Positions 53,208-61,405 of a stretch of 61,405 nt of DNA are shown one piece after another; the first letter of the stretch is position 1, and every line of letters starts with the position of its first letter. Origin of the DNA: a virus (Duplodnaviria > Caudoviricetes). The DNA lies in IMG/VR virus record IMGVR_UViG_3300042868_005269, positions 1-61,405 of that record; one strand, 5' to 3'. Below the pieces are notes generated by a model. It searched no databases. It saw only the letters and a program-made list of their open reading frames with translations, and had not been told where the DNA came from. The position numbers were made by a program, and so were the translations under genes.

Positions 53208-56142
53208 CGAGTGTGCTCATGTTCGCGCTCAGGCGCAGTGTGGACACACGCATCGGCGGGCCATCCGTCTTGGCCAGCATGTCCTTCTTGGGGACCTGAA
53301 GTACGATAAACGACTGGGCGATGTCCTGCTTGAACGTGGAGTAACTGAAGCTCATGTTGGAGCAAAACGCACGGAGCAGGCGCTCCTCGATGTAGTAGTC
53401 GATGTACCCCGGATTGACGCCATGCTCGACCCGGCCCATGATCTCTTGCCGCGTGGTGGTCTTGCCCACACTGGTGCCGTCCCCGAACATAGCCGCAGGG
53501 CCCGCCTTCTCGCCATACTTGACGATGACGAACTTGCCTTGGAACTCTTGGGTGAACGCGTTGAGCACATCTTCTGCTGTGCGCTTGCCGCCCTTGATGG
53601 CCTGACGCTGGTGGTCGATCTGGCGGCGGTACGACTCGATGATCTCTTGCAAGGGGATGTTGACGATGCCCGTGTGCTTGTCACTCAGAAGCAGACCTGC
53701 CGCCACGATTGCGCCCACACCTGCCATCCAGTACCGCTCGTCGTTGGGGGCTTTGTACTCGGTGTACATCCGGCGTACGCACTCAGGCACCAGTTCCCGC
53801 AGCATGCTTGCGTTGTCCACCAGATACTGCGACAAGATTTCGCCTGCTACGCCAAAGTTAAACGGCAGCGTCTTGATGATCTCAATCTCATCTTGCGTCC
53901 ATTCCAGCTTCACGTCCATGTTGAACTCGATCATGCGGCGCAGCTCACCTTCGGAGGAGTGCTTGCGCTCACCTGTCATGTAGTCAACGGCCGGGCGGTT
54001 GGAGGACATCAGCGCCAGCGTGGCCCATGTAGACAGGTTCAACCGTTCCTTGTTGGTGCCCGACTCCATGCGCTCTTTGCCGCGCCCCTCGCTCATGCTG
54101 AACAAGAAGGCAGGGAACCACTCGAAGTCCTTGCGGTTGTTGGTTGTGATCTCGTCCGTAATCAGCGGCAAGCTGCGCAGGTGCCCAAGGCGTTGCTGCA
54201 TGGCAACAGGCGATGTGCCCGAGCCTGTGCGGTAGTGAATCGGATGGCCCCAGATGGATGCAGCGGCGTCCAGTGACAAGGACTTGCCTGTACCGGACTC
54301 AGTGGACGCTACGTGCACGGTCATGCCCAGCAGGCCTGTGAACTTCATCAAGGGGGCAGCAGCGCCCGCCAACACCACGGCCAACTGATCCCACATCTTG
54401 CGCCGCACCATCATGTTGATGACGTTTCTCCACGCATCCAGCGTGCCAGTGGGCTTGGTGCTGCTCACGATGTTTTGCAACTCTGTCATTGGCACCATGA
54501 CGGGCTGGCGGTTTGCGCTGTACACGCGGCTTGCAAACACAAATGTGCCATCGTCTTGCCATCCGTAGCTTGGCGGCATGTTGATAGGGGATCGCTCCAC
54601 GCTAATCTTCTCAACGCTGGCGCGGACGTAGTCGTAGAAGTTCTTGTCGTTGCCGGAACCAAACGCAGCCATGACGTTCTGGTTGGCCAAGTGCTTGATC
54701 GTCTCGTCCTTGCTGGCCAGACATTTTTGTGGCACCAGCACGTTGTGAAGCTGCTTGTTCTTGATGACGCAAAAGTGCACCTCATGGCTGCCGTTGTTGT
54801 TCAGCACGTCCACCGGGAAGATAGTGTTGGAGCACAGCAGCAGTTGCTTGGTCACCTTGTGGCCGTCAGTGTCTTCCTCGATGCGTTCCAAAAAAACACC
54901 TCCCCTTGCGCCAAAGGCGTAGCCCCGTGGGGGCTCTGGCTGGGCGATGCGTACCGTGTCGGCCTCCGTATCGTCATCGGACGCTGCGCTGCTTTGGACC
55001 TCGACCGTAGTCTCGGCGGTGGTCAGCGCCATCTCCCGGCCCCACAGCAGTGGGTTGGTGATCTTGCCCCAGTGCGGGCACTTGCGGCACACGCCGGGGT
55101 TCATGTCGTCCATGGCAGCGCATGAGTACGGCCCCCTGATCTCGGCCAGCTTCTGGTGCATGCGCTCGTGTGGGTAAGGGTGCAGGTCACTCAACCACGT
55201 AGCAGCCTTCTCACCGTCTGCGCAGACCTTGGCCCAACTGAGCATCCCGCGCCAGATCGGCTCCATGCCATCGTCCGATGCGTTCTCCACGTAGTTCTCA
55301 AGCTGGGCGCAGCCTGAGCCGTGTTTGGTCTTGACCAGAATTTTCTTAAACAACGTCACGCTGTTTTGTGCAAGCGCCGTCAACGTGGACGGTGCACTGA
55401 CACCCGTTGGCCTCTGTCCGGGCAGCGCCAGCGTGGAGCTGGTGGGCTTCTTCACGAAGTCTGGGCCGAACCCTTCGGCCGTCAGGATGGCCTCGATGTC
55501 AGCCACCTCAAACCTGCCGCCGTCAGCAATGCTGCGCACACGGGTAGCTGCACGCACAGCCTTGCCGTTCTTCACGCCCGTGTTGGTGCTGTCAGGCACC
55601 CGCAAGACTCGGGAAGCATCGCCTGTGACAGCGGTGTCGATGGCCAGCCCGTGCTTGATGCACAGCTCTTTGAAACGCTTGGCCAGCGGATACCAGTCCT
55701 CTTTGAACAGCATCTCATCGAGCGGCCAGTAGGCGTGTATGCCGCCACCAGAGTGAACCAGCCAAGGGTCGCCCAGCGCAGCCAGCCCCGTGTCCTCACA
55801 GAACTTCTGCAAGGCTTGCGCCGCAGCTTTGGCGCTCGGGTATGCCTTGGGCTTGATGACGCCCTCTTCGTTGGGGATGTCCTTGGGGTGGTTGCAGTCA
55901 AGGTCCACGGCCAGCACTTGACTGCCGTGCATGTTCTCCTTGGTGCGGTCCTTGTCCGTGCCGAACGTGCCCAACGCAAAGTACGTGTCAAGCCCCGCCT
56001 TCGCCCACTTCTCCACCGTGGGCATGAGTTCCTCAAGTGTTTGTCCGTAGACGTGTTGTTTTTTCTTTGTAAGCTCTACCGCGCAGTAATAGCCATTACC
56101 CGGAGACGGCAAAACCGCCGCCATCAAATCGAGCGGAGTCAT
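53167..56142 (-). CDS. Primase-helicase (AEP/RepB-like primase, Cys cluster, DUF927-like domain and P-loop helicase)
   Basis: VDLD, VHSGGGIHAYW, RVLRVP, C..CPHWGKI.NP, Walker A SGTGKS, LITDE. Confidence 0.88.
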   Translation of the reverse strand: MTPLDLMAAVLPSPGNGYYCAVELTKKKQHVYGQTLEELMPTVEKWAKAGLDTYFALGTFGTDKDRTKENMHGSQVLAVDLDCNHPKDIPNEEGVIKPKAYPSAKAAAQALQKFCEDTGLAALGDPWLVHSGGGIHAYWPLDEMLFKEDWYPLAKRFKELCIKHGLAIDTAVTGDASRVLRVPDSTNTGVKNGKAVRAATRVRSIADGGRFEVADIEAILTAEGFGPDFVKKPTSSTLALPGQRPTGVSAPSTLTALAQNSVTLFKKILVKTKHGSGCAQLENYVENASDDGMEPIWRGMLSWAKVCADGEKAATWLSDLHPYPHERMHQKLAEIRGPYSCAAMDDMNPGVCRKCPHWGKITNPLLWGREMALTTAETTVEVQSSAASDDDTEADTVRIAQPEPPRGYAFGARGGVFLERIEEDTDGHKVTKQLLLCSNTIFPVDVLNNNGSHEVHFCVIKNKQLHNVLVPQKCLASKDETIKHLANQNVMAAFGSGNDKNFYDYVRASVEKISVERSPINMPPSYGWQDDGTFVFASRVYSANRQPVMVPMTELQNIVSSTKPTGTLDAWRNVINMMVRRKMWDQLAVVLAGAAAPLMKFTGLLGMTVHVASTESGTGKSLSLDAAASIWGHPIHYRTGSGTSPVAMQQRLGHLRSLPLITDEITTNNRKDFEWFPAFLFSMSEGRGKERMESGTNKERLNLSTWATLALMSSNRPAVDYMTGERKHSSEGELRRMIEFNMDVKLEWTQDEIEIIKTLPFNFGVAGEILSQYLVDNASMLRELVPECVRRMYTEYKAPNDERYWMAGVGAIVAAGLLLSDKHTGIVNIPLQEIIESYRRQIDHQRQAIKGGKRTAEDVLNAFTQEFQGKFVIVKYGEKAGPAAMFGDGTSVGKTTTRQEIMGRVEHGVNPGYIDYYIEERLLRAFCSNMSFSYSTFKQDIAQSFIVLQVPKKDMLAKTDGPPMRVSTLRLSANMSTLDDSVLQSIPMVSG

Positions 56143-56161
56143 GGAGGTCCTTGGGAATGGG

Positions 56162-56311
56162 TTACTTGAGGTCGTCTTCGGCTACGTCCAGCAGCGCAGA
56201 GAAGCGCTCATACAGCTCTTTCACGACTTCGGCAGGCACGTTGTAGTTGGCCATGTAGATGTGCGTCAGCAGTTCTTCGTTACTCAGGGTTTCAGGTTGT
56301 ACTCGTGACAT
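56162..56311 (-). CDS. 49-aa hypothetical protein
   Basis: GGAG RBS before MSRVQPETLSNEELL. Confidence 0.6.
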   Translation of the reverse strand: MSRVQPETLSNEELLTHIYMANYNVPAEVVKELYERFSALLDVAEDDLK

Positions 56312-56562
56312 ATTCTTCTCCATGCTTCGTCCGCTGTGTTTGAGGACTGCATTATTGTTAAAAGGGTTTCCACGCGGTGGCGGTACGCGACAAAGACTTC
56401 TGATCCGTTGAACCAGTTGTAGACAGTCTGTCGTGTGACGCCGAGGGCGTAGGCGATTTTGGTGACAGGGAAATCCAAGTGGATAGCCCAACGCCCAAGC
56501 TGGTTGCCCAGAGACTTGGGAGTCTTCATCACGTCGTCAATGATTTTTTGTGAGTAGGCCAT
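56284..56562 (-). CDS. Cro/XRE-like helix-turn-helix regulator
   Basis: KIAYALGVTRQTVYNWFNG. Confidence 0.85.
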   Translation of the reverse strand: MAYSQKIIDDVMKTPKSLGNQLGRWAIHLDFPVTKIAYALGVTRQTVYNWFNGSEVFVAYRHRVETLLTIMQSSNTADEAWRRICHEYNLKP

Positions 56563-56573
56563 GGTGTTTAGGT

Positions 56574-56656
56574 GGGGGTACTCGCTGCGTCTGTTTGCTC
56601 TAGGCTTGGGACCTAGTGCGTGAGGAATTCAACTCACCAGCATCCGCTTTCCCCCC
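56574..56656 (-). ncRNA. Structured intergenic RNA with loop-E (GAA/AGUA) motif and three-way junction
   Basis: GGGG-GAA...AGUA-CCCC closing stem; hairpins 56600-56616 and 56620-56637. Confidence 0.6.
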
Positions 56657-56664
56657 GATTCTTT

Positions 56665-57648
56665 TTACTCGTCGTCCCAATCGGACACGATGTCAGCCAG
56701 CTTGGACTTCTTGGCTGGCACAGCAGCGCCTCTGGCACCTTCTTTGCGCACTTCCGGTTCGTCAGCTTCAGCTTCGGGTTCAGCCTTGGCTTTGGCCTTG
56801 GGCTTGGCGGCTTTAACTTCAGCCATCGCAGCAGTGTCGTCCTCGTCCATCATCTCGCCCATGGGCTTGGTAACGGGCTTGGGGGCAGCGCCGGGGATAG
56901 CCATCGGTGCGGCCTTCACGCCGTCAGCTTGCGCCACCGTGAGGATCGTTGCCTTCTTGGCATCGTCAGAGTCACCTTGCGACACTGCGATCGGGTACTC
57001 GTCATCTGTCAGCCAGCGCGTAGGCGCGAAGAACAGCTTGGGAGACTCGGCCTTGGTGTCGAACTTCATGCGCGTGACGATCTGCTCGGGATTAACCGGA
57101 GGTGTCTGCGCTGCCAAGAAGCGGGCGTAGGCTTGCAGGGGACGCTTGTCGCCATCTTCCTTGCCGAAGATGCTGGTAGCTGGGAGTGTCAGTTGCAGCA
57201 CATCACCTTCAGGGTTGTTGGCCAGCACAACAGCAAGGCGCTGTTGGAAGCGGCAGGCACGGCTGTTGCCGTTACCGGAACCGGCTTCGTTCTGTGGGCA
57301 ACCCATGCAGGTCTTGCTCTGTGGAGCAGCGATGCTTGTGTCAGGTTTCTCGCCGTCATTGCTCCAGCAGTCAGGACGCACAATCGCTTCGGCGTTGTAA
57401 GCGCCAGCGTAGAAGATGCGGCTGACCTTGGGGGCAGCACGGACGATGATGACGTCAAGGTGACGGTCTTCGATGGCGGCGACTTCCTTGCCACCTGCCA
57501 CCAGACGGAACACGCCGCCTTTGATGGAGATGCGCTTGGTCGATACACCAGCACCGCCGCCCGTCAGGGCCTTGGCTGTGTCAGACAACTCGTTGTTACG
57601 AGCAAATGCGGGGACGTTGGACGAATTGAAAAGCGTAATGTTGCTCAT
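56665..57648 (-). CDS. Single-stranded DNA-binding/annealing protein (putative)
   Basis: RISIKGG.F, Cys cluster, acidic C-terminus WDDE; replication cluster. Confidence 0.65.
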   Translation of the reverse strand: MSNITLFNSSNVPAFARNNELSDTAKALTGGGAGVSTKRISIKGGVFRLVAGGKEVAAIEDRHLDVIIVRAAPKVSRIFYAGAYNAEAIVRPDCWSNDGEKPDTSIAAPQSKTCMGCPQNEAGSGNGNSRACRFQQRLAVVLANNPEGDVLQLTLPATSIFGKEDGDKRPLQAYARFLAAQTPPVNPEQIVTRMKFDTKAESPKLFFAPTRWLTDDEYPIAVSQGDSDDAKKATILTVAQADGVKAAPMAIPGAAPKPVTKPMGEMMDEDDTAAMAEVKAAKPKAKAKAEPEAEADEPEVRKEGARGAAVPAKKSKLADIVSDWDDE

Positions 57649-57655
57649 GATTGCG

Positions 57656-58072
57656 TTACTTTCTTGCTTTGGTTACACGAATGTCGAACTCAGTGACTGA
57701 GTTCAGCCCCGGCGGCAGAACACCGGGGTTCTCTTCCAGAAACTGTGCCATGTTGGTTTGGGCGATGCGCTTTTCCAACAGGTCTACGACTTGATGCTCA
57801 AGCACGAATGCTTTGAACGAGTCCCAGTCCTGCGTGTTGTAGCGCGTCTTCTTAATCAACGACACGGTTCCCGTGGAGGTCTGGACCGATGTCAGGCCAA
57901 GGGCCTTCATCTGGTCTTTGATAGCGAGGCGCACTTGCGTGCGCTGCTCGTCCAGCTCAGCGAGCTGGCGATCAAGGCCTTCCATCTTGGCTTTGATCTT
58001 GGTGTGAATGGCAACCAGCTTGTCGAGCGGAATTGCTTCGACTTCCGGTGCTTCTTCGATGTCTTCGGTCAT
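57656..58072 (-). CDS. Conserved replication-cluster coiled-coil protein
   Basis: GLTSV.T..GTV...DWDSF..FV...LLEKRI...PPGL; AGGAG RBS. Confidence 0.7.
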   Translation of the reverse strand: MTEDIEEAPEVEAIPLDKLVAIHTKIKAKMEGLDRQLAELDEQRTQVRLAIKDQMKALGLTSVQTSTGTVSLIKKTRYNTQDWDSFKAFVLEHQVVDLLEKRIAQTNMAQFLEENPGVLPPGLNSVTEFDIRVTKARK

Positions 58073-58105
58073 TGCTTTCTCCTGTGTTTTTGTCAAGCGT
58101 TATAC

Positions 58106-58133
58106 AGTTTACATGGCTTTTTTGGTGGCGCAA
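58106..58133 (-). promoter_or_regulatory. Putative promoter for the ssb/primase block
   Basis: TTGCGC-N16-TAAACT on - strand; TATAAC and TTGACA nearby. Confidence 0.4.
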
Positions 58134-58140
58134 CCCCCTT

Positions 58141-59700
58141 TCAAGAATTTATTTCAAGGGTAAACATCTCAGTCAGAAGTGAGCTATCGCTTACTTTCGC
58201 TCCGAGGGCTTTGAACATCTTGACCTCCACTGGGGAGCTCTGGATGTGGAAGACTGTCACCTTGTCGGAGTTCTGGCCCTTGCGGTCGGCACGGGCAATG
58301 CACTGGATGTACTGCTCCACGCTCATCAACGGGCCGTAGAACACCACGGTGTCAGCGGCAGTCAGCGTAATGCCGTGCGCTGTGGCCGCAGGCTGCATGA
58401 CCAGCACCCTTGGGTCGGGGTCGGTCTGGAAGCGGTGGATGATGTCGCCGCGCTTGTTTGCAGACACGCCGCCGTGGATGCACTCGTTGGTGATGCCCTT
58501 GGATGTCAGGTGCCGCTGGATGGTCTCGATGCTGGCGCGGAACAACGCGAAGATGATGACCTTGCGCGATGTCTCCTCCAGAATTTCTTCCAGCACGCCA
58601 AGCCGGGGGCTGGCGTCGAACTCCACCACCTCTTTGGTATCCGTGAGCGCAGCGCCGCAACTGACTTGCAGCAGCTTACTCAGCATAGCAGCGGCATTGA
58701 CCGCTGTGATGACCTCTCCAGCCGCCTGCACTAGCATCTGGTCCTTGAGCAGGTTGTAGTACTTGGCTTGCTGCGGAGTCAGCGGCACCTCACGGGTAAG
58801 CGTCATCACTGGCGGCAAGTCAAGGCACTGGTCTTTGGAGTACCGGATCGCTGGCTGCAGCGCATTGAACACACGGTCACGCGCATCAGGCTTGGGGGCC
58901 CACTTGTACAGCGTGATCTTGTTCATCACCGAGTCGCGCCATCCTGTGTAGAACATCGGCACGTTGTCGGGGTTGACCAGCTTGGCCAGCCCGTACGCAT
59001 CAGCAGGCGACTGCGATGCAGGTGTGCCCGTCATCATCCACAGGTGGGTCTTGGGCGTGAGGATCGACTTGAGCGTCTTCCAGCGCTTGGTGGTCACGGT
59101 CTTGTAGGCGTTGGCCTCATCGACAATCACCAGATCAAAGCGGCCATCGTTGACGATCTCCTCGGCAATCAGGTTCAGCCCGTCATAGTTGCAGATCACG
59201 AACTCGTAGTCTTGCTGGATCATCTCGATCCGGCGTGATGCCTTGTTGTGATGCGCCACGATGGCCGAACGATGGATGATGCTGTTGTTCAGATCACTGA
59301 GCCATGCTGAGTGCATGATCGACAGTGGGCACAGTATCAACACACGCTTCACAAAGCCTAGCTTCATCAAGTAGTCAGCGGCCCACAGCGCTGCAAGCGT
59401 CTTGCCTGTGCCGGGATCGTTGAAACAAAACGCACGCTTGTGCATGGTGAGGAACGATGCGGTATCCACTTGGTGCTCCATCGGCTTGTAACGCCCCGGC
59501 CAGTCGTAGCGCCGTGTGATGGGTGACCGAATGTCTTTCACGCCTAGATTCTTCAGGACACGCGCTTCGTCCAAGCCCCAGTACACAGCAACATCGAAGC
59601 TGCCGTCATCGCGTTCGATGACTTTGTGCTTGGGGATGATGCGGTACTTGTCGGGGTTGCGCGTTCTGAAGACAACGGCTTTGTTGTCGATGATGTCCAC
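58141..59700 (-). CDS. SNF2-family (SF2) helicase
   Basis: DPGTGKT, VDEA, MTGTP, HGITLT, Q..AR.DR.GQ. Confidence 0.92.
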   Translation of the reverse strand: MDIIDNKAVVFRTRNPDKYRIIPKHKVIERDDGSFDVAVYWGLDEARVLKNLGVKDIRSPITRRYDWPGRYKPMEHQVDTASFLTMHKRAFCFNDPGTGKTLAALWAADYLMKLGFVKRVLILCPLSIMHSAWLSDLNNSIIHRSAIVAHHNKASRRIEMIQQDYEFVICNYDGLNLIAEEIVNDGRFDLVIVDEANAYKTVTTKRWKTLKSILTPKTHLWMMTGTPASQSPADAYGLAKLVNPDNVPMFYTGWRDSVMNKITLYKWAPKPDARDRVFNALQPAIRYSKDQCLDLPPVMTLTREVPLTPQQAKYYNLLKDQMLVQAAGEVITAVNAAAMLSKLLQVSCGAALTDTKEVVEFDASPRLGVLEEILEETSRKVIIFALFRASIETIQRHLTSKGITNECIHGGVSANKRGDIIHRFQTDPDPRVLVMQPAATAHGITLTAADTVVFYGPLMSVEQYIQCIARADRKGQNSDKVTVFHIQSSPVEVKMFKALGAKVSDSSLLTEMFTLEINS

Positions 59701-59715
59701 TGCTTCTCCTTAGCT

Positions 59716-59961
59716 TTATTTTGAACTGGCGCGGTTCTTTGCAACGCTGCGCATTCGCAAGTTGCCACGGGCGGATGTACCGCCACTCTTGAGCGGCTTG
59801 ATGTGGTCAACATCTTTGCCGTCGCCTTTGCTGGCTGTGCCCTCGGCCTCCATGATGCGGCGGGCTTTCACTCGCTCACCTCGTTTGGCCACTTGGTCGG
59901 GCTTGCCGTGGAACTCGGCGTATTCTTTTTTGTAGTTCCGTTTGCTGGGGTCTTGTGCCAT
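59716..59961 (-). CDS. Small HNH endonuclease
   Basis: GDGKDVDHIKPL..GG....NLR.....NR. Confidence 0.8.
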   Translation of the reverse strand: MAQDPSKRNYKKEYAEFHGKPDQVAKRGERVKARRIMEAEGTASKGDGKDVDHIKPLKSGGTSARGNLRMRSVAKNRASSK

Positions 59962-59962
59962 A

Positions 59963-60628
59963 TCAATCTCTCTTTCGGTTGTGTTCACAGGTTTTAACGG
60001 CACACCAGCCGCATAGCGGTGTGGGCTTGGGGTTCCATACCCCGGTCTCATGCGCCTTTTCAATGCGGGCGACGCGCTCCCGGTAATCCCACCAGTACTC
60101 CTCGGCTTCACCGCGCAAGAAGCTGGCCTTGACCAAGTCGTTCTTGACCACGAACAGCAAACCACCGCTGACTTTGCGGATGTGCGGGAAGTGCACGAAC
60201 ACCATCAAAGCCATCAGCCGAAGCTGCTCCCGATCAGGGTACTTGTTGTTCCCCGTTTTATAGTCCACCACGCGAGCTGTCAAGTTGTCATCGTCGATGA
60301 TGAGCAAGTCGGCAATGCCGCGCACCCATACATCTTTGTCCATGAACCCGCAAGGGCGCAGATCGGCCGTCACGCCCATCTCGTGCTCACACAGCTTGCG
60401 GCCGGGCTTGGCCTTAAGCGCATCGAGCATGTCCTTGACGAACTCAAACTGTGGTGGCAGCGGCTTGTCGTCCTTGATGTAGAACTCCGCTGCTGAGTGC
60501 AGCTCCTTGCCGTAAAGAATAGCTTCGGTCTCTGGGAAGGGGTACTTCTTCAAGACCTTCACTTCGTGGTAGCGCCGGGGACAACCTTCGTAGTCCTTGA
60601 GCGCTGAGTGTGACCATTTAACTGTCAT
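59963..60628 (-). CDS. PD-(D/E)XK exonuclease (Cas4/RecB-like)
   Basis: WSHS...CP, G..LH, GIAD, VDYKTG, Q..L, LCGWC....C. Confidence 0.88.
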   Translation of the reverse strand: MTVKWSHSALKDYEGCPRRYHEVKVLKKYPFPETEAILYGKELHSAAEFYIKDDKPLPPQFEFVKDMLDALKAKPGRKLCEHEMGVTADLRPCGFMDKDVWVRGIADLLIIDDDNLTARVVDYKTGNNKYPDREQLRLMALMVFVHFPHIRKVSGGLLFVVKNDLVKASFLRGEAEEYWWDYRERVARIEKAHETGVWNPKPTPLCGWCAVKTCEHNRKRD

Positions 60629-60936
60629 CAGAACCTCGCAGATTGAATTGCTTTTGATAAGCGGTTACTGAACTCCTCGACGAAGTGCTCGTCGTTGTTC
60701 AGGTCAGGGCGGTCCATGCTCTCAAGTATGGCGTGCGTCAGCTCATGCCAGAACGTCTCTTGCAGTGCCGAGAGTTTCAGCGGTATGCCGTGATACGACT
60801 TCCTTGCCAGCGTGATGGTGCGCTTGGCGTAGTGCACCTCGCCCATGTACAGACGCTCACGCATCGCTTCCGCGATCTCCACGCTGTACCAGTTGTCCCC
60901 CACTTTGATCTTCTTGGGTAGTGTCAGTTGCTTCAT
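60628..60936 (-). CDS. Small zincin-like metallopeptidase
   Basis: ETFWHELTHAIL...E.FV; AAGGAG RBS before MKQLTL. Confidence 0.7.
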   Translation of the reverse strand: MKQLTLPKKIKVGDNWYSVEIAEAMRERLYMGEVHYAKRTITLARKSYHGIPLKLSALQETFWHELTHAILESMDRPDLNNDEHFVEEFSNRLSKAIQSARF

Positions 60937-61084
60937 TTGCTTTCTCCTTCTGTTTAAATTTGTTGGCCAGACCCCAAAGGTCCAGCATCCGGATGACAAC
61001 GATGGCGCGTCCATCGGAGTCGTCGTATATGGTCTCGTACATACACTCGTCATAGACAAACTTCCAAAATTCTGCGTAAGTCAT
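60857..61084 (-). CDS. Hypothetical protein
   Basis: MTYAEFWKFV..., directly after polA stop; C-terminus overlaps the next gene. Confidence 0.45.
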   Translation of the reverse strand: MTYAEFWKFVYDECMYETIYDDSDGRAIVVIRMLDLWGLANKFKQKEKANEATDTTQEDQSGGQLVQRGDRGSDA

Positions 61085-61085
61085 A

Positions 61086-61405
61086 TCATCCCTTTGCCAA
61101 ACCGTAACGGCGGTGTGCACCGACCTCTGAGTTCAGCGGTATGCCGGGCATGTACTTGGGCTGTGCAATCATCTGCTCCAGCACCCACACCTTGGCACCC
61201 TCGACCTCAGCGTCAGGCACGACACAGAGCAACTCATCATGCACTGTGCCTACCACGGGGTACTTCTTGTCCACCCGCAGCATGCCGTCTGTCATCACCA
61301 CACGCGCAGTTCCCTGCACGATGTTGTTCGTTATCTTCCCAGCGTACAGCTTGGTTGGCTTGACGCCAGCTTCACCGTACACCCAATTGTTTTGCTTTGC
61401 TTCTT
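61086..61405 (-). CDS. polA: DNA polymerase family A, C-terminal part
   Basis: NNIVQGTAR and motif C TVHDELL; continuous with 1-1808 through the terminal overlap. Confidence 0.93.
   Translation of the reverse strand, partial: EAKQNNWVYGEAGVKPTKLYAGKITNNIVQGTARVVMTDGMLRVDKKYPVVGTVHDELLCVVPDAEVEGAKVWVLEQMIAQPKYMPGIPLNSEVGAHRRYGLAKG
61264..61405. repeat. Terminal direct repeat, right copy
   Basis: Matches 1-142 with 3 mismatches. Confidence 0.95.

Noticed and set aside
56574-56656. Intergenic structure as tRNA or intrinsic terminator
   Set aside because: No T-loop/D-loop consensus or CCA; no U tract after the stem on either strand
59963-60628. cas4 as evidence of a CRISPR system
   Set aside because: Stand-alone Cas4-like nucleases are routine in phage replication modules
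1-61405. tRNA/rRNA genes, IS elements, introns/inteins, alternative genetic code
   Set aside because: None recognised; core genes are uninterrupted and of normal length in the standard code (by eye only)

Overview
The window looks like a complete, circularly permuted dsDNA tailed-phage genome of about 61.26 kb. Positions 1-142 recur at 61264-61405 with 3 mismatches, and the DNA polymerase ORF runs in frame across that junction. There are two opposing arms. The + strand late arm (13220-53028) encodes TerS, TerL, a P22-like portal, GroES-like co-chaperonin, scaffold, major capsid, small basic proteins, adaptors, fibres, holin and lysozyme, tail nozzle, ejection proteins and a ~3100-aa polyvalent protein. 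The - strand early/replication arm runs from 12772 leftwards through the junction to 53019. It encodes many small early ORFs, an M28 peptidase, VRR-NUC, PolA (Leu762 type), PD-(D/E)XK nuclease, HNH, SNF2 helicase, SSB, a Cro-like HTH and a primase-helicase. No tape measure, sheath or integrase is recognisable, so a podovirus-like virion is inferred. A betaproteobacterial host is only a guess. The most notable unexplained signals are: (1) six copies of a strict GTGATAC-N5-GTATCAC palindrome, five directly after early-gene stop codons; (2) a [FYM]-[AK]-x-GG peptide motif shared by many small basic and ejection proteins, with a tape-measure-like GPG-SDSIPA-GEFV domain; (3) two intergenic RNA structures, a kissing-loop switch after the capsid gene and a loop-E-containing junction before the HTH gene; (4) an IHF/inverted-repeat/AT-rich origin candidate. 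All product calls come from motif recognition by eye; no database searches were run.
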